Below are positions 9,303 through 19,392 of a stretch of DNA of 64,000 bases, in pieces (position 1 is the stretch's first letter; each line of letters starts with the position of its first letter). A program made the position numbers and the translations under genes. Source of the DNA: Prochlorococcus sp. scB241_528N17. GTDB lineage: Bacteria; Cyanobacteriota; Cyanobacteriia; PCC-6307; Cyanobiaceae. The notes under the pieces were generated by a model. That model saw nothing but the letters and a program-made list of their open reading frames with translations. It was not told where the DNA came from and searched no databases. The stretch lies in contig JFLG01000084.1 of assembly GCA_000634735.1 (NCBI GenBank), forward strand, positions 4,946-68,945. The letters are read 5' to 3'.

Positions 9303-11200
9303 TGTATATAAATAAACTTAAGAAGTTACTACATGGCAAGAGAATAGGCAAACAAGGAAGAGTTTTTTTGCTTATGACAATGGATGCAGGCCTTATTTTT
9401 CTCTCTGTATCAATTGTTTTTTTCATTTTAAGGAATGAGTCTCTCTATCCAGTTATTCCAGTAAGTAAATGGTTGATACCGACTATTATTTTAATTGGCT
9501 TACCATTTTATATTTTCAGCAATCAATATAAAAGCCTAACAAGATATGTTGGTGCAAAATCATTCTTATTATTAACATGCAGAAATGGGATTTTACTTTT
9601 ATTAATATCATACTTTTCCAATTTTTTTGGATTACCTAGACCTTCAATTAGTAGTTGGATTCTTATTTGGTTTACGCTATCTACCCTAACCAGTGCCACT
9701 AGATTGCTTTTAAGAAATATATTAGTAAATTTCGATAAATCAAAATTAAAAGTCAAAAGAATTGCTATTTATGGATCTGGGACTGAAGCTATTCAATTAG
9801 CTGCTGCTTTAAAAATATCTCAAACTTATGAAATTATATGCTTCATAGATGATCTAAAAGCTTTACACAATAGAACCATCTGGGATCTGCCAATCAAATC
9901 AATAGAATATATAGATAAGGTTAATACTATTGAGGAGATTTTTCTTGCCAAGCCAAGTCTTAACAAAGAAACAATTAGAAAAGTTTATTTAAAGGCAAAA
10001 AAGAAAAATATAGGAATTTCTGAAATTCCTTCTATTGAAGAAATTACAACAGGCAAAACAAAAATTGATTCTTTAAAACCTATCTCAATAGAGAGCTTAC
10101 TTGGGAGAGATGAAATATATGTAAATTTAGAATTCGTTAAATCTATTATAGAAAACAAGTCAATTTGTGTTACGGGCGCAGGAGGTTCAATAGGCTCTGA
10201 ATTATGTGAGCAGATTATTAGATTAAAACCCAATAAAATCATTTTGTTTGAACAAAGTGAGATTAATTTGTATAAATTACTAGAAAAATTTCAAGAAAGT
10301 AATCATAAAGAATCACAATTAATTCCAATACTAGGTTCTGCGAATAATCGCTGTTTACTAGAAAAAGTTTTAAAAAATGAAAATGTTGAAGTTATTTTTC
10401 ATACAGCTGCTTATAAACATGTTCCTTTAGTTGAAAGTAATCCTATTTCAGGAATTGAGAATAATGTTTTAACTACTGCTGCTGTATGTAAGGCAGCTTT
10501 AAAGACAAAGGCTAAACAAGTGATACTTGTTTCTACAGATAAGGCGGTAAGACCTAGTAATGTTATGGGGGCATCTAAAAGACTCGCAGAAATAATTTTC
10601 CAAGCATTTGCATCTGAAGAAACAAATTTAAGCAAAGAAGATAAGGATTATATTCCAACTCTATTCTCAATTGTAAGGTTTGGTAACGTCTTAGCTTCAT
10701 CAGGATCAGTTGTGCCCCTTTTTAAAAAACAAATTAATAATGGTGGCCCAATTACATTAACGCATAAAGATATTGTTAGATATTTCATGACAATCCAAGA
10801 AGCAGTAAGGCTAATTTTGATAACAACAACAATGACTAAGGGCGGTGATGTATTTTTGCTAGATATGGGAGAGCCAGTAAAAATACTTTCTTTAGCAGAG
10901 CAAATGATTAAATTAAGTGGTTTAACAATTAAAAATAAAGAAAATCCTGAAGGTGATATTGAAATTGTGGAAACAGGTTTAAGACCTGGAGAAAAGCTTT
11001 TTGAAGAGTTACTAATTAATGCAGAAGCCATAGAAACTGAAAATCCATTGATATTTAGAGCTAACGAAAATTATATTAAGTATGATGAGTTAATAAAAAA
11101 ATTAAACTTATTAGAGAAAGCAATCAATCAAAATAATTTGAAAGAAGTATTAAAAAATCTTTCGATTTTAGTTCCTGAATGGAAGGCGAATTATAGATAA
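9299..11200 (+). CDS. Membrane-anchored nucleotide-sugar 4,6-dehydratase (CapD/WbpM/PglF family)
   Basis: 633 aa. It has N-terminal TM helices, a first Rossmann motif IYGSGTEA and a second VTGAGGSIGSEL, plus TDKAV and RFGNVLASSGSV typical of the CapD family. Confidence 0.85.
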   Translation: MMYINKLKKLLHGKRIGKQGRVFLLMTMDAGLIFLSVSIVFFILRNESLYPVIPVSKWLIPTIILIGLPFYIFSNQYKSLTRYVGAKSFLLLTCRNGILLLLISYFSNFFGLPRPSISSWILIWFTLSTLTSATRLLLRNILVNFDKSKLKVKRIAIYGSGTEAIQLAAALKISQTYEIICFIDDLKALHNRTIWDLPIKSIEYIDKVNTIEEIFLAKPSLNKETIRKVYLKAKKKNIGISEIPSIEEITTGKTKIDSLKPISIESLLGRDEIYVNLEFVKSIIENKSICVTGAGGSIGSELCEQIIRLKPNKIILFEQSEINLYKLLEKFQESNHKESQLIPILGSANNRCLLEKVLKNENVEVIFHTAAYKHVPLVESNPISGIENNVLTTAAVCKAALKTKAKQVILVSTDKAVRPSNVMGASKRLAEIIFQAFASEETNLSKEDKDYIPTLFSIVRFGNVLASSGSVVPLFKKQINNGGPITLTHKDIVRYFMTIQEAVRLILITTTMTKGGDVFLLDMGEPVKILSLAEQMIKLSGLTIKNKENPEGDIEIVETGLRPGEKLFEELLINAEAIETENPLIFRANENYIKYDELIKKLNLLEKAINQNNLKEVLKNLSILVPEWKANYR

Positions 11201-11214
11201 TTAATTTAAAAAAG

Positions 11215-12228
11215 TTATTCTACAAATTTTCTAAAAAAGACAATTTTTACATTCTTTTTTTTAGAATAATCATATAAAACAAACAAACTAAAAAGTGAAA
11301 TTGATATTACTAAATTTGCAGAGAAAATACTCGCATTTCCAGCGGTTACAAGAATTTCAGAATTTATTTTAGGCAATATATGTATAAATAAAAAATATAG
11401 ACTTGTTAGAAAACTAATCATTGAAGATAAAAGAAAGAAAGATCCTAAACTTAATTTATAAATATATTTATAAAGAATATCTTTTAAGAAATTGATACCC
11501 CAAAATTTCAAAAGTGGGTAAATCATACTTGAAGATTTCATTGAACTTCTCCATTCTTTGCCATATATTGTATGCATCGGAAACTGATGCAAATTAGCTC
11601 CTAGATTGCTACATCTTTTTATAATACTGCATTCGAAAAGATATCTTGACTCGATATTAGTTTTAAACTTTTTAGATATTAAATACTTTAGAGTGATTTG
11701 ATTCATGGAAAAAAATCCATTAGAAATGTCAGTTAAACCTTTATAAACTAAACACATTCTGGAAAGTGGCTCTAGCAGGAAAGAACCTAATCTTCTGTCA
11801 AAAGGTATATATTTATTATTAATAGGGAAATGGAATCTAGTCCCCTTAACAAGAGTTAATTCATTTAATGGCAGATTTAATAAATAAGGTACCAATTCAA
11901 GAAGGTATTCTGGTGGATGTTGCCCATCTGAATCCATCTTTATAAAAAATTGGTTTTCTGAATTTAATGCCTCTTTAAAACCTATTAAAGAAGAAGCTCC
12001 AACACCCAGGTTATTTTTATTATGAATTACATTAAATATCTCTGACTTTGGTATTTCCTTATATGAGTAATCTGGGCAAAAGTCATCAACAATATATACT
12101 GAAATTGAACAAATATTAGATAATTCAGAAGCAATTTTCATTAATTGTTTACACAAAGTACCTACTTTATTTTTTGCCCTATAACAGGGAATAATGACAG
12201 CTACTTTTGATTTCAATTTATGTTGCAT
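11215..12228 (-). CDS. GT2 polyprenyl-phosphate glycosyltransferase (GtrB/ArnC/DPM1-like)
   Basis: 337 aa. N-terminal GT-A domain (VAVIIPCYRA, YIVDDFCPD, KMDSDGQH) is followed by two C-terminal TM helices, the GtrB/ArnC architecture. Confidence 0.65.
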   Translation of the reverse strand: MQHKLKSKVAVIIPCYRAKNKVGTLCKQLMKIASELSNICSISVYIVDDFCPDYSYKEIPKSEIFNVIHNKNNLGVGASSLIGFKEALNSENQFFIKMDSDGQHPPEYLLELVPYLLNLPLNELTLVKGTRFHFPINNKYIPFDRRLGSFLLEPLSRMCLVYKGLTDISNGFFSMNQITLKYLISKKFKTNIESRYLFECSIIKRCSNLGANLHQFPMHTIYGKEWRSSMKSSSMIYPLLKFWGINFLKDILYKYIYKLSLGSFFLLSSMISFLTSLYFLFIHILPKINSEILVTAGNASIFSANLVISISLFSLFVLYDYSKKKNVKIVFFRKFVE

Positions 12229-12305
12229 TTTAAATTATAGAAATTGGAAAATACACACAAATCAATATACTATTATATCAGAAATGAATTGCAGTAATAA
12301 TATAA

Positions 12306-13979
12306 ATGATAGATAGTTATCAAAAAATATCTTTAATCAAAATAATAATCAAAATATTTAAGAATTTATCTTCTAGAAGAAAAAGACAATTGGGAGCGTT
12401 AAGTTTTCTATTCCTAATTAGTAGTTTTAGCGAAGTGTTAACACTATCTTCAATTCAGCCATTCTTACAAGCTATGGGTGAAACAAATAATCAGGAAAGC
12501 TTAATATCTCTTCTATTTATTTTTATAATTCTTTTAATTATTTCAGCTTCTTTAAGGTTATTAACTATTTACTTGAATAATTATTTTGCAGCTAGCCTTG
12601 GGAATGAACTTGGTAGCTCTGCATATTCGAATTCTTTATCACAACCTTATTCATATCACTTAAAAACTAATACGAGCAATATAATTTCTACCATAGTAAC
12701 TAAGACGAGTTCCTTAACGGATACTATTAGATATCTAATGTTATTTATAAGCTCTTTATTTATATTTTTATCTATTTTTTTTAGTCTTTTAAAGATTAAT
12801 TTCTCAATTACTTTTATAATTTCAATTTCTTTTATTATTTTTTACGGAGTCTTAATCTTATTTATAAATAAGCGTATAAATAAAATTTCAAGAGTCAAAT
12901 CGGAGCTTGTAATTCAACAAACCAAATCATTACAGGAGGGATTGGGATTCATTAGAGACATAATATTAGATAAATGCCAAAAAACATTTGAGAATGAATT
13001 TAAATGGAAAGATAGAAAACTAAGATTAATTGATGCTAAAAGTAATTTCTTAGAGGCATCTCCAAAATACCTTTTAGAAGTAATAGGAATTACAGTCTTA
13101 ATAATATCTTCTTTGGTTTATTCAAGAAATAATCCAATAGAAGTTATCCCTATATTAGGAACATTTGCCTTTGGAATACAACGTCTTCTACCTCCGCTAC
13201 AACAAATTTATGGATCCTACGTTTTCATAGAGACTCATAAATACTCTTCCTTGAGCGTACTTAATATGCTTGAAAATGAAAGAGAGAGAGAGCTAAACAA
13301 GAGAAAACAATTTAAAGAAGATTTCAACAATGAAATTAATTTTAAAAGCGTTTATTTTCGATATGATAAAAATTCTAATTATGTCTTGAAAGATTTTGAC
13401 TTAAATATAAAAAAGGGTGAAAAGGTAGGATTAATTGGTAAATCAGGTGCAGGTAAAAGCACTATTTTGGATTTAATAATGGGACTAACAAAGCCTGAAA
13501 AAGGTGAGATTTTAGTTGATGGTAAAAAAATGCATGAAAAAAGTTTCAAAATTGAAGGTTGGTACTCCCAAATATCTCATGTTCCTCAGAATGTCTTTCT
13601 CTCAGATCAATCTTTAGCAGAGAATATTGCATTTGGAATTGATAAGAAGAATATAGATATGAAAAAATTAAAAGAAGCCGTAAAGATATCTCAATTAACT
13701 AAGCTTGTAGAAAACTCTGAAAAAGGCTTTTTTGCAAAAGTAGGAGAAAGAGGCATACAAATAAGCGGAGGTCAAAGACAAAGAATTGGGATTGCAAGAG
13801 CAATATATAAAGGTGGGAAAATTTTAATTCTAGATGAGGCAACTAGTGCACTAGATACTGATACTGAAGATTCTATAATGGAATTTATTAATAAATTAAA
13901 CAAAGAATATACCCTCATTATTGTTTCTCACAGAAGTAATACTTTGAAGTTTTGCGATAGAAACATATTTCTTAAATAA
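12306..13979 (+). CDS. Fused TMD-NBD ABC exporter (MsbA/PglK-like)
   Basis: 557 aa. N-terminal six-helix-type TMD, Walker A GKSGAGKST, signature ISGGQRQRIGIARA and Walker B ILILDEATSALD. Confidence 0.85.
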   Translation: MIDSYQKISLIKIIIKIFKNLSSRRKRQLGALSFLFLISSFSEVLTLSSIQPFLQAMGETNNQESLISLLFIFIILLIISASLRLLTIYLNNYFAASLGNELGSSAYSNSLSQPYSYHLKTNTSNIISTIVTKTSSLTDTIRYLMLFISSLFIFLSIFFSLLKINFSITFIISISFIIFYGVLILFINKRINKISRVKSELVIQQTKSLQEGLGFIRDIILDKCQKTFENEFKWKDRKLRLIDAKSNFLEASPKYLLEVIGITVLIISSLVYSRNNPIEVIPILGTFAFGIQRLLPPLQQIYGSYVFIETHKYSSLSVLNMLENERERELNKRKQFKEDFNNEINFKSVYFRYDKNSNYVLKDFDLNIKKGEKVGLIGKSGAGKSTILDLIMGLTKPEKGEILVDGKKMHEKSFKIEGWYSQISHVPQNVFLSDQSLAENIAFGIDKKNIDMKKLKEAVKISQLTKLVENSEKGFFAKVGERGIQISGGQRQRIGIARAIYKGGKILILDEATSALDTDTEDSIMEFINKLNKEYTLIIVSHRSNTLKFCDRNIFLK

Positions 13980-14054
13980 TCAATAAATATTTATTATTGT
14001 CTTTAATAATTTTTAGAACAGGATTAAAATAATTAAGATATTTTTTAATAAGCT

Positions 14055-15590
14055 TTAAAAATAAAAACGTAAAAAATAATAGCCAAATATATTTGTTAAA
14101 TAAACAATTTGATTAATAAAAGCTATGAAAATTATCTGTTTAATAAGACCTTCTTCTTTAAAAAAAACATAAAAATTTTTTTTCAAGAGCTTGTGGTTGT
14201 GATTCTTATCTCTTCTATAAATCAATAAATCTGAGCTTAAGTTAAAAAAAAGTGGGGAGAGAATTATTAATGGTAAAAAATATCTACCTTGAATATCACT
14301 CAAAATCAAATCTCTGCCCCAATAAATATAAAAAGCATAGAATATTCCGATATAAGTTATTAGAAAACATCCACTCAAAAAAAGAAACATAAAATTCTTA
14401 AATTTAAATTTGTAGAAATTTAATTTTGAAAATCTTTTTATTGCAAACAATATTTGGAATAGATAGTTTCTTTTTAAGTAAATACCAATAATAATTAAAA
14501 ATAATATATATAAATAGAAAAAAATATAAAATTTATGAGGTATTAATAGCCTCGCAATAGGGCCATTTCCAAAAACTCCATAAATCTCTCTTAACCAACT
14601 ATCAAATTTATTTAAATGGGTCAAAAATAATGATTTGATGAATAAATAAAATTCATCAAAGTTCTTCAAATGCTTCGTACTTTCCAATCCTCTTCTATTG
14701 ATATACATTTCTTTTACTTTTAGAGAAGAAAAATTAAGCCAATTAATTGTATTTATCAATCCAGAAATATAAAATCCTACAAAGACTATTTTTGAAAATT
14801 TATTTTTTAGTTTGTTGAAAAAAAACAATCCTAATGCAATCGTAATAGGAATATAAACGGATTTAGATGTAATTATCGAAAGACATATTCCCGCTATAGA
14901 GGCTAATAAAATATTTTTTTGGTAATTATGATTTTTAAATTTTAAAAAACAAAGAGAAAAGAGAGCTGAGCAAGCAAATATTAATGAATCACCCGAAAGA
15001 GAACTTGAGATAAAAGTAACAGTAGGTAATGAATATATTAAAAGAATTAAAGAGTAGGTAAGTTTATCAAAATATTTATTTTTAAGATTAATTATTTCTC
15101 TTAATAAGAAAAAGTTTATTATCAACCAAATTATTGCATTTGAAAATCTTAGTGCATAGTAATTAAATAACAAATTTTGATTTATTTTACTAAAAAATTT
15201 TAATAGATTTGATTGTAAAAAATAGTTATTCCCAGAATAGGCAGTAATTAGTTGGGCACCTTTTAAATTTTCTGAATAGTTATCAAAGAAATAATCTTTA
15301 AGTTTTAATTTACCGATATCAAAGTCCCATGGATTTTTTTGACATTTTAAATTTGCAATACAATCATTTGCTAATCTATGATCTGAAAACCCTATCCCTA
15401 AATTTATAGTATTCTCAGGGATATAAAGCTCTTTTTTAGATATAGATTCGTCATAAATCCTTTGAAAATGATACATCTCATCTGGGGCATCAAAAATAGT
15501 AATAAGAATTGAGCCAAGTAGAGTTGAAATGCAAATTATTATTATGAAATATTTTTCTACATAATAAAAAAAATTTTTTATTGTTTTCAT
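14055..15590 (-). CDS. Polytopic membrane protein, GT-C-like (DUF2142-like)
   Basis: 511 aa with many predicted TM helices. The first loop carries FDAPDEMYHF, resembling the acidic first-loop motif of GT-C/DUF2142 proteins. Confidence 0.45.
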   Translation of the reverse strand: MKTIKNFFYYVEKYFIIIICISTLLGSILITIFDAPDEMYHFQRIYDESISKKELYIPENTINLGIGFSDHRLANDCIANLKCQKNPWDFDIGKLKLKDYFFDNYSENLKGAQLITAYSGNNYFLQSNLLKFFSKINQNLLFNYYALRFSNAIIWLIINFFLLREIINLKNKYFDKLTYSLILLIYSLPTVTFISSSLSGDSLIFACSALFSLCFLKFKNHNYQKNILLASIAGICLSIITSKSVYIPITIALGLFFFNKLKNKFSKIVFVGFYISGLINTINWLNFSSLKVKEMYINRRGLESTKHLKNFDEFYLFIKSLFLTHLNKFDSWLREIYGVFGNGPIARLLIPHKFYIFFYLYILFLIIIGIYLKRNYLFQILFAIKRFSKLNFYKFKFKNFMFLFLSGCFLITYIGIFYAFYIYWGRDLILSDIQGRYFLPLIILSPLFFNLSSDLLIYRRDKNHNHKLLKKNFYVFFKEEGLIKQIIFIAFINQIVYLTNIFGYYFLRFYF

Positions 15591-15602
15591 AAAGCAAATG
15601 AT

Positions 15603-16289
15603 TTAATCACATTGAAAACTAAAAAAAAGTTTTTGATTATAGTCAAATCTAATATTATTAGAGACGACTTTCAGCATATCACTATCTTTAAATGAATCGG
15701 TAATGGCAAAAATAAACTTATAACCTTTGTTAAATTCGTTTTTAATTCTGAATGATTTAGAATTAAATTTATAAATATGCGAATCATATTTATCTATATC
15801 TATAGCTATTAAAGAAAAACTATATTTATTTATAATACTGCTAAGAAATCGTTTATAGTTATTAGATACTACGATTATATTAAATCCCATATTTTGTAAT
15901 TTTTTTAATTTATAAATTAAACTATGGTTCAAATTACTATTATTATTTAAAATCATAAATTTATTAATTAGATCCATCCCAGATATTGATAAGATTACAT
16001 TTGATACACAATATTTTAAATAATTCTTTGGGGAAGATATTAAGAATGTTTTTATTATTCTTAAGTTAATATTCTTAAGAAAAAAATATAGTAATTTATA
16101 TATAAATTTAACTTTATTATTTTTTATTATATAAATTACTAAATTTAAAAAGCTATCATTTTTAATCAAAGTTTTATCATAATCAACAAAAACACACCCT
16201 TTTTTACTAGTCATTTCATTTGATTCATTAATCAAATAATCAAATATTATATTTATATCCCCTGGTGTATAACTTTTATTAAACATCAA
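15603..16289 (-). CDS. HAD-superfamily phosphatase
   Basis: 228 aa. Motif I is VFVDYDKTL (DxDxT), motif II IIVVSNN, and motif IV-like ITDSFKDSDM. Confidence 0.6.
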   Translation of the reverse strand: MMFNKSYTPGDINIIFDYLINESNEMTSKKGCVFVDYDKTLIKNDSFLNLVIYIIKNNKVKFIYKLLYFFLKNINLRIIKTFLISSPKNYLKYCVSNVILSISGMDLINKFMILNNNSNLNHSLIYKLKKLQNMGFNIIVVSNNYKRFLSSIINKYSFSLIAIDIDKYDSHIYKFNSKSFRIKNEFNKGYKFIFAITDSFKDSDMLKVVSNNIRFDYNQKLFFSFQCD

Positions 16290-16339
16290 AGATATATATC
16301 CTTATTTTTATTATAATTCACAGTAATTATTATACAATT

Positions 16340-17224
16340 TTGACCTCTAATAATTCATTTATAAATTGTTGGATTTGTGGTTGTAATAAAATATATAAGA
16401 TAAAAAATACAGATATAAATTTTGATTCTCTAGATACCGAAGACTTTCAAATTACAAATTCACAATATGGTAAAACTCTTGATTTATATAAATGTAAAAA
16501 TTGTAATTTTATACAAGCCGCTAAAGCAAGTAACCTCACAAAATATTATGAAAAGATGGTTGATGAAGAATATGAAGAGACAAGAAAAGAAAGATTTTTA
16601 CAGGAAGATTATATTATTAAAAAATTTATCTACTACAATAAATCTGGTAAAAAACTTTTAGATGTTGGATGTGGTTCAGGTATTCTTCTAGAAGCAAGTA
16701 AAAAATATAAATTCCAATCAATTGGGGTTGAACCTTCAAAATGGCTATACAAAAAAGCTATTAAACGAGGCTTGGATGTAAGGTGTGGAGTTTTAGAAGA
16801 TATTCCAAATTCACAAAAATTTGATGTTATCACTTTGGCAGACGTTATTGAGCATGTTACAAATCCTATGGATATATTAGAGCAGATTAAATCAAGATTA
16901 AAACCAGAAGGCATAGGAGTAATAGTTACACCAAATGTTGATTCTTTGTTAGCAAAAATACTTAGATGGAAATGGTGGCATTATCGAGTAGCACATGTAG
17001 GTTACTTTTCAAAAAAAACAATTAAACTTGCACTTGAAGAGTCTGGTTTTCAGCTATTAAGTATAAAAAATACAAGATGGTTCTTTAGTTTAGATTATCT
17101 TGTAAAAAGAATATCAACCTACCTACCCAAATTCCTAAGGATTAGCAAGGCACCATTTATTGGTAAGAAATTAATAAAATTAAATTTGGGAGACTCGATA
17201 ATAGTAATATTTAAAAAAAGTTGA
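16340..17224 (+). CDS. Class I SAM-dependent methyltransferase with N-terminal zinc-ribbon
   Basis: 294 aa with a non-ATG (TTG) start in the ORF track. It has CWICGC...CKNCNF cysteine pairs and the SAM motif I LLDVGCGSGILLE. Confidence 0.75.
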   Translation: MTSNNSFINCWICGCNKIYKIKNTDINFDSLDTEDFQITNSQYGKTLDLYKCKNCNFIQAAKASNLTKYYEKMVDEEYEETRKERFLQEDYIIKKFIYYNKSGKKLLDVGCGSGILLEASKKYKFQSIGVEPSKWLYKKAIKRGLDVRCGVLEDIPNSQKFDVITLADVIEHVTNPMDILEQIKSRLKPEGIGVIVTPNVDSLLAKILRWKWWHYRVAHVGYFSKKTIKLALEESGFQLLSIKNTRWFFSLDYLVKRISTYLPKFLRISKAPFIGKKLIKLNLGDSIIVIFKKS

Positions 17225-17225
17225 A

Positions 17226-18203
17226 TTAAACAGGTAAAAATCCTTTTGAAAAAAATTCTCTCAATATTGGAATTTCAATTTTAAATAGAATAGGACTAAA
17301 GATAATAAAAGCACCAATTGATAATGAGATTAACTTATCGGAAAATACGAAATTAGGGTTGTTTATGATTTTATCCTTATTCGAAAAAGATATTCTTAAA
17401 TATTGTGCCATTGCCAAAATAATAAATGGAATTAAAAGACAAAATTCTATTTTATAAATTGAAAAAAATATAGTAATAGAAGAAATAGCTCCTAAACAAA
17501 GAATAAATGAAAGAAGAATTAATTTATTTTCTGTATAGCTAATCAAGGATGGACGATATTTCTTCATTTCTTTTTTTGTACCCTGCCATGTAAGTATTTC
17601 GTTTATTCGCTTACAATTCATTAAAAAATATCCACTTAACCAAACACCCAAAATCAAGGTTAATGGAGGGTATGCATAAGAGACGGCTAACCAACCTGCC
17701 ATAAATCTAAGAGGATTATTAATAGATTCAGAAAACACATCCAAAAATACCTTATCTTTAAACCTGAAAGGTAATTGATTATATAAAATGCCATTTATCA
17801 ATATACAAAATATAATAATTTTCAGTATGAGAGTTAGCTCATAAAGAAATAAAATGCAAATTACTATTGTTAATAAACAAAAATATGTCGAAAAAACATC
17901 AACAAAGTTCAGTTTACCTGATGGAATAGGCCTTTTCTTTTTTATAGGATGAAAGGAATCAGATCTACGATCGCACCATTCATTTAAAACATAATTTGCT
18001 GAACTGGCGAAAACTATACTAAAGATAACTAATACAAAATTTATATAATTTATTTCATTATTAGGAGCAAAACAAAAACCTAAAAAGGTTCCAAAGAAGA
18101 AAAAAATTTGTTTTATTAAATAATCAGGCCTGCAAATTTTATATATATAGATAAGCTTTTTTTTATTATTATTCATACTTGGTAATAATTTTGATAATAT
18201 CAT
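17226..18203 (-). CDS. UbiA-family prenyl(-phosphate) transferase, decaprenyl-phosphate phosphoribosyltransferase-like
   Basis: 325 aa polytopic protein. NEWCDRRSD fits N-D/E-x-x-D-x-x-x-D and is followed by KKKRPIPSG, as in UbiA-superfamily active sites. Confidence 0.65.
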   Translation of the reverse strand: MILSKLLPSMNNNKKKLIYIYKICRPDYLIKQIFFFFGTFLGFCFAPNNEINYINFVLVIFSIVFASSANYVLNEWCDRRSDSFHPIKKKRPIPSGKLNFVDVFSTYFCLLTIVICILFLYELTLILKIIIFCILINGILYNQLPFRFKDKVFLDVFSESINNPLRFMAGWLAVSYAYPPLTLILGVWLSGYFLMNCKRINEILTWQGTKKEMKKYRPSLISYTENKLILLSFILCLGAISSITIFFSIYKIEFCLLIPFIILAMAQYLRISFSNKDKIINNPNFVFSDKLISLSIGAFIIFSPILFKIEIPILREFFSKGFLPV

Positions 18204-18260
18204 AAATTTATAAATATGATGAATTACTATAATTTTTAAAATTAATTTTATAGTAGTTTT

Positions 18261-19352
18261 TTATATTTTTTTTAAAATTTGAAAATTTTTGGGTAAAAAT
18301 TGAACGAATATTAAAAAAGGTAATAAAGGATATAGATACCGCATATGGGCTGTCCCATAAAGAGTTGGCAAAAGTATTGAAAAAGGAAATAATAAAGCAA
18401 GTTTTCTTATATCGAATTCTTTAAAAATATAAATTAAAAGTCTTATTAAAAGAAAAGAATGGAAAATTAAAAAAGAAAATGTAGTTAACAAATTAATTAA
18501 ATTATTCGCCGCATATTCAGAAGGTAAGTTCAAGCAATATATTGATATTGCTTCTCTAGCTCCTAAATTTAGAATCATATGTACAATTGGTGTAAAGATT
18601 AAACTTAAAATCTTACTTATATTTGGACTCAAAATTTTCTGAAGAAATTTATCTATATTTTCGAGAGAGTAGCAACCAAAATTTTGAGATATATATTCAA
18701 AACCATAAAAAATTTGAGAAGAGGTAATAAATATTGTTATTAGAAATAAAGATAATATTCCTAGCAACTTAAATCTTGTGAAATCTCTTTTAAATACAAA
18801 AATCAAGAAAAATTGAATCCATAATAATGGGATAAGTGCATTCCTAAAAATAGTAGAAAATACATTTAATATAATTGAAAAATTAAAAGTACTTTTATTG
18901 GAATAGAAAATCCATAGGGCATAATAAGAAACTCCTAAAGTAGCAAAAATATTTGAATCCAATTTTAATGAATATAAAGCTAAATAAGGATGTAAAGATA
19001 ATATGAAAATAAAAAGAATTGAATTTTTCTTAGAAAGAATTTTGATACATAAAAATATAAAAGGCGTAATTATTAAGAAGGAAATTATGAAAGAAATAAT
19101 AATGAAATTTAAAGATAATAAATTTTCAGAATTATATCCAATACTCCTTATGAATAAAGTGTAAAAAAAATTTGGTGAAAAAATATTTATATTATTTTCA
19201 TTATAAAATTTCAAATCAGTAAAAGAAAAAATTCTATTATCGTAAATTGAAAGAAATTTATAAACAACAAAAGTGCTTAATGACCTAAGAAACAGAAAAA
19301 GACCTGATAATAAAAAAAATTCTCTTAAGTTTTTTTTAGTCCGAATTAACAT
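18261..19352 (-). CDS. Polytopic membrane protein, possible GT-C glycosyltransferase
   Basis: 363 aa, almost entirely hydrophobic helices. No soluble-domain motif is visible. It lies between the UbiA-like and GtrA-like genes. Confidence 0.35.
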   Translation of the reverse strand: MLIRTKKNLREFFLLSGLFLFLRSLSTFVVYKFLSIYDNRIFSFTDLKFYNENNINIFSPNFFYTLFIRSIGYNSENLLSLNFIIISFIISFLIITPFIFLCIKILSKKNSILFIFILSLHPYLALYSLKLDSNIFATLGVSYYALWIFYSNKSTFNFSIILNVFSTIFRNALIPLLWIQFFLIFVFKRDFTRFKLLGILSLFLITIFITSSQIFYGFEYISQNFGCYSLENIDKFLQKILSPNISKILSLIFTPIVHMILNLGAREAISIYCLNLPSEYAANNLINLLTTFSFLIFHSFLLIRLLIYIFKEFDIRKLALLFPFSILLPTLYGTAHMRYLYPLLPFLIFVQFLPKNFQILKKI

Positions 19353-19392
19353 AAAGTAATTAAACCTTTTTTATAATAATGCTAAGAGTAAA

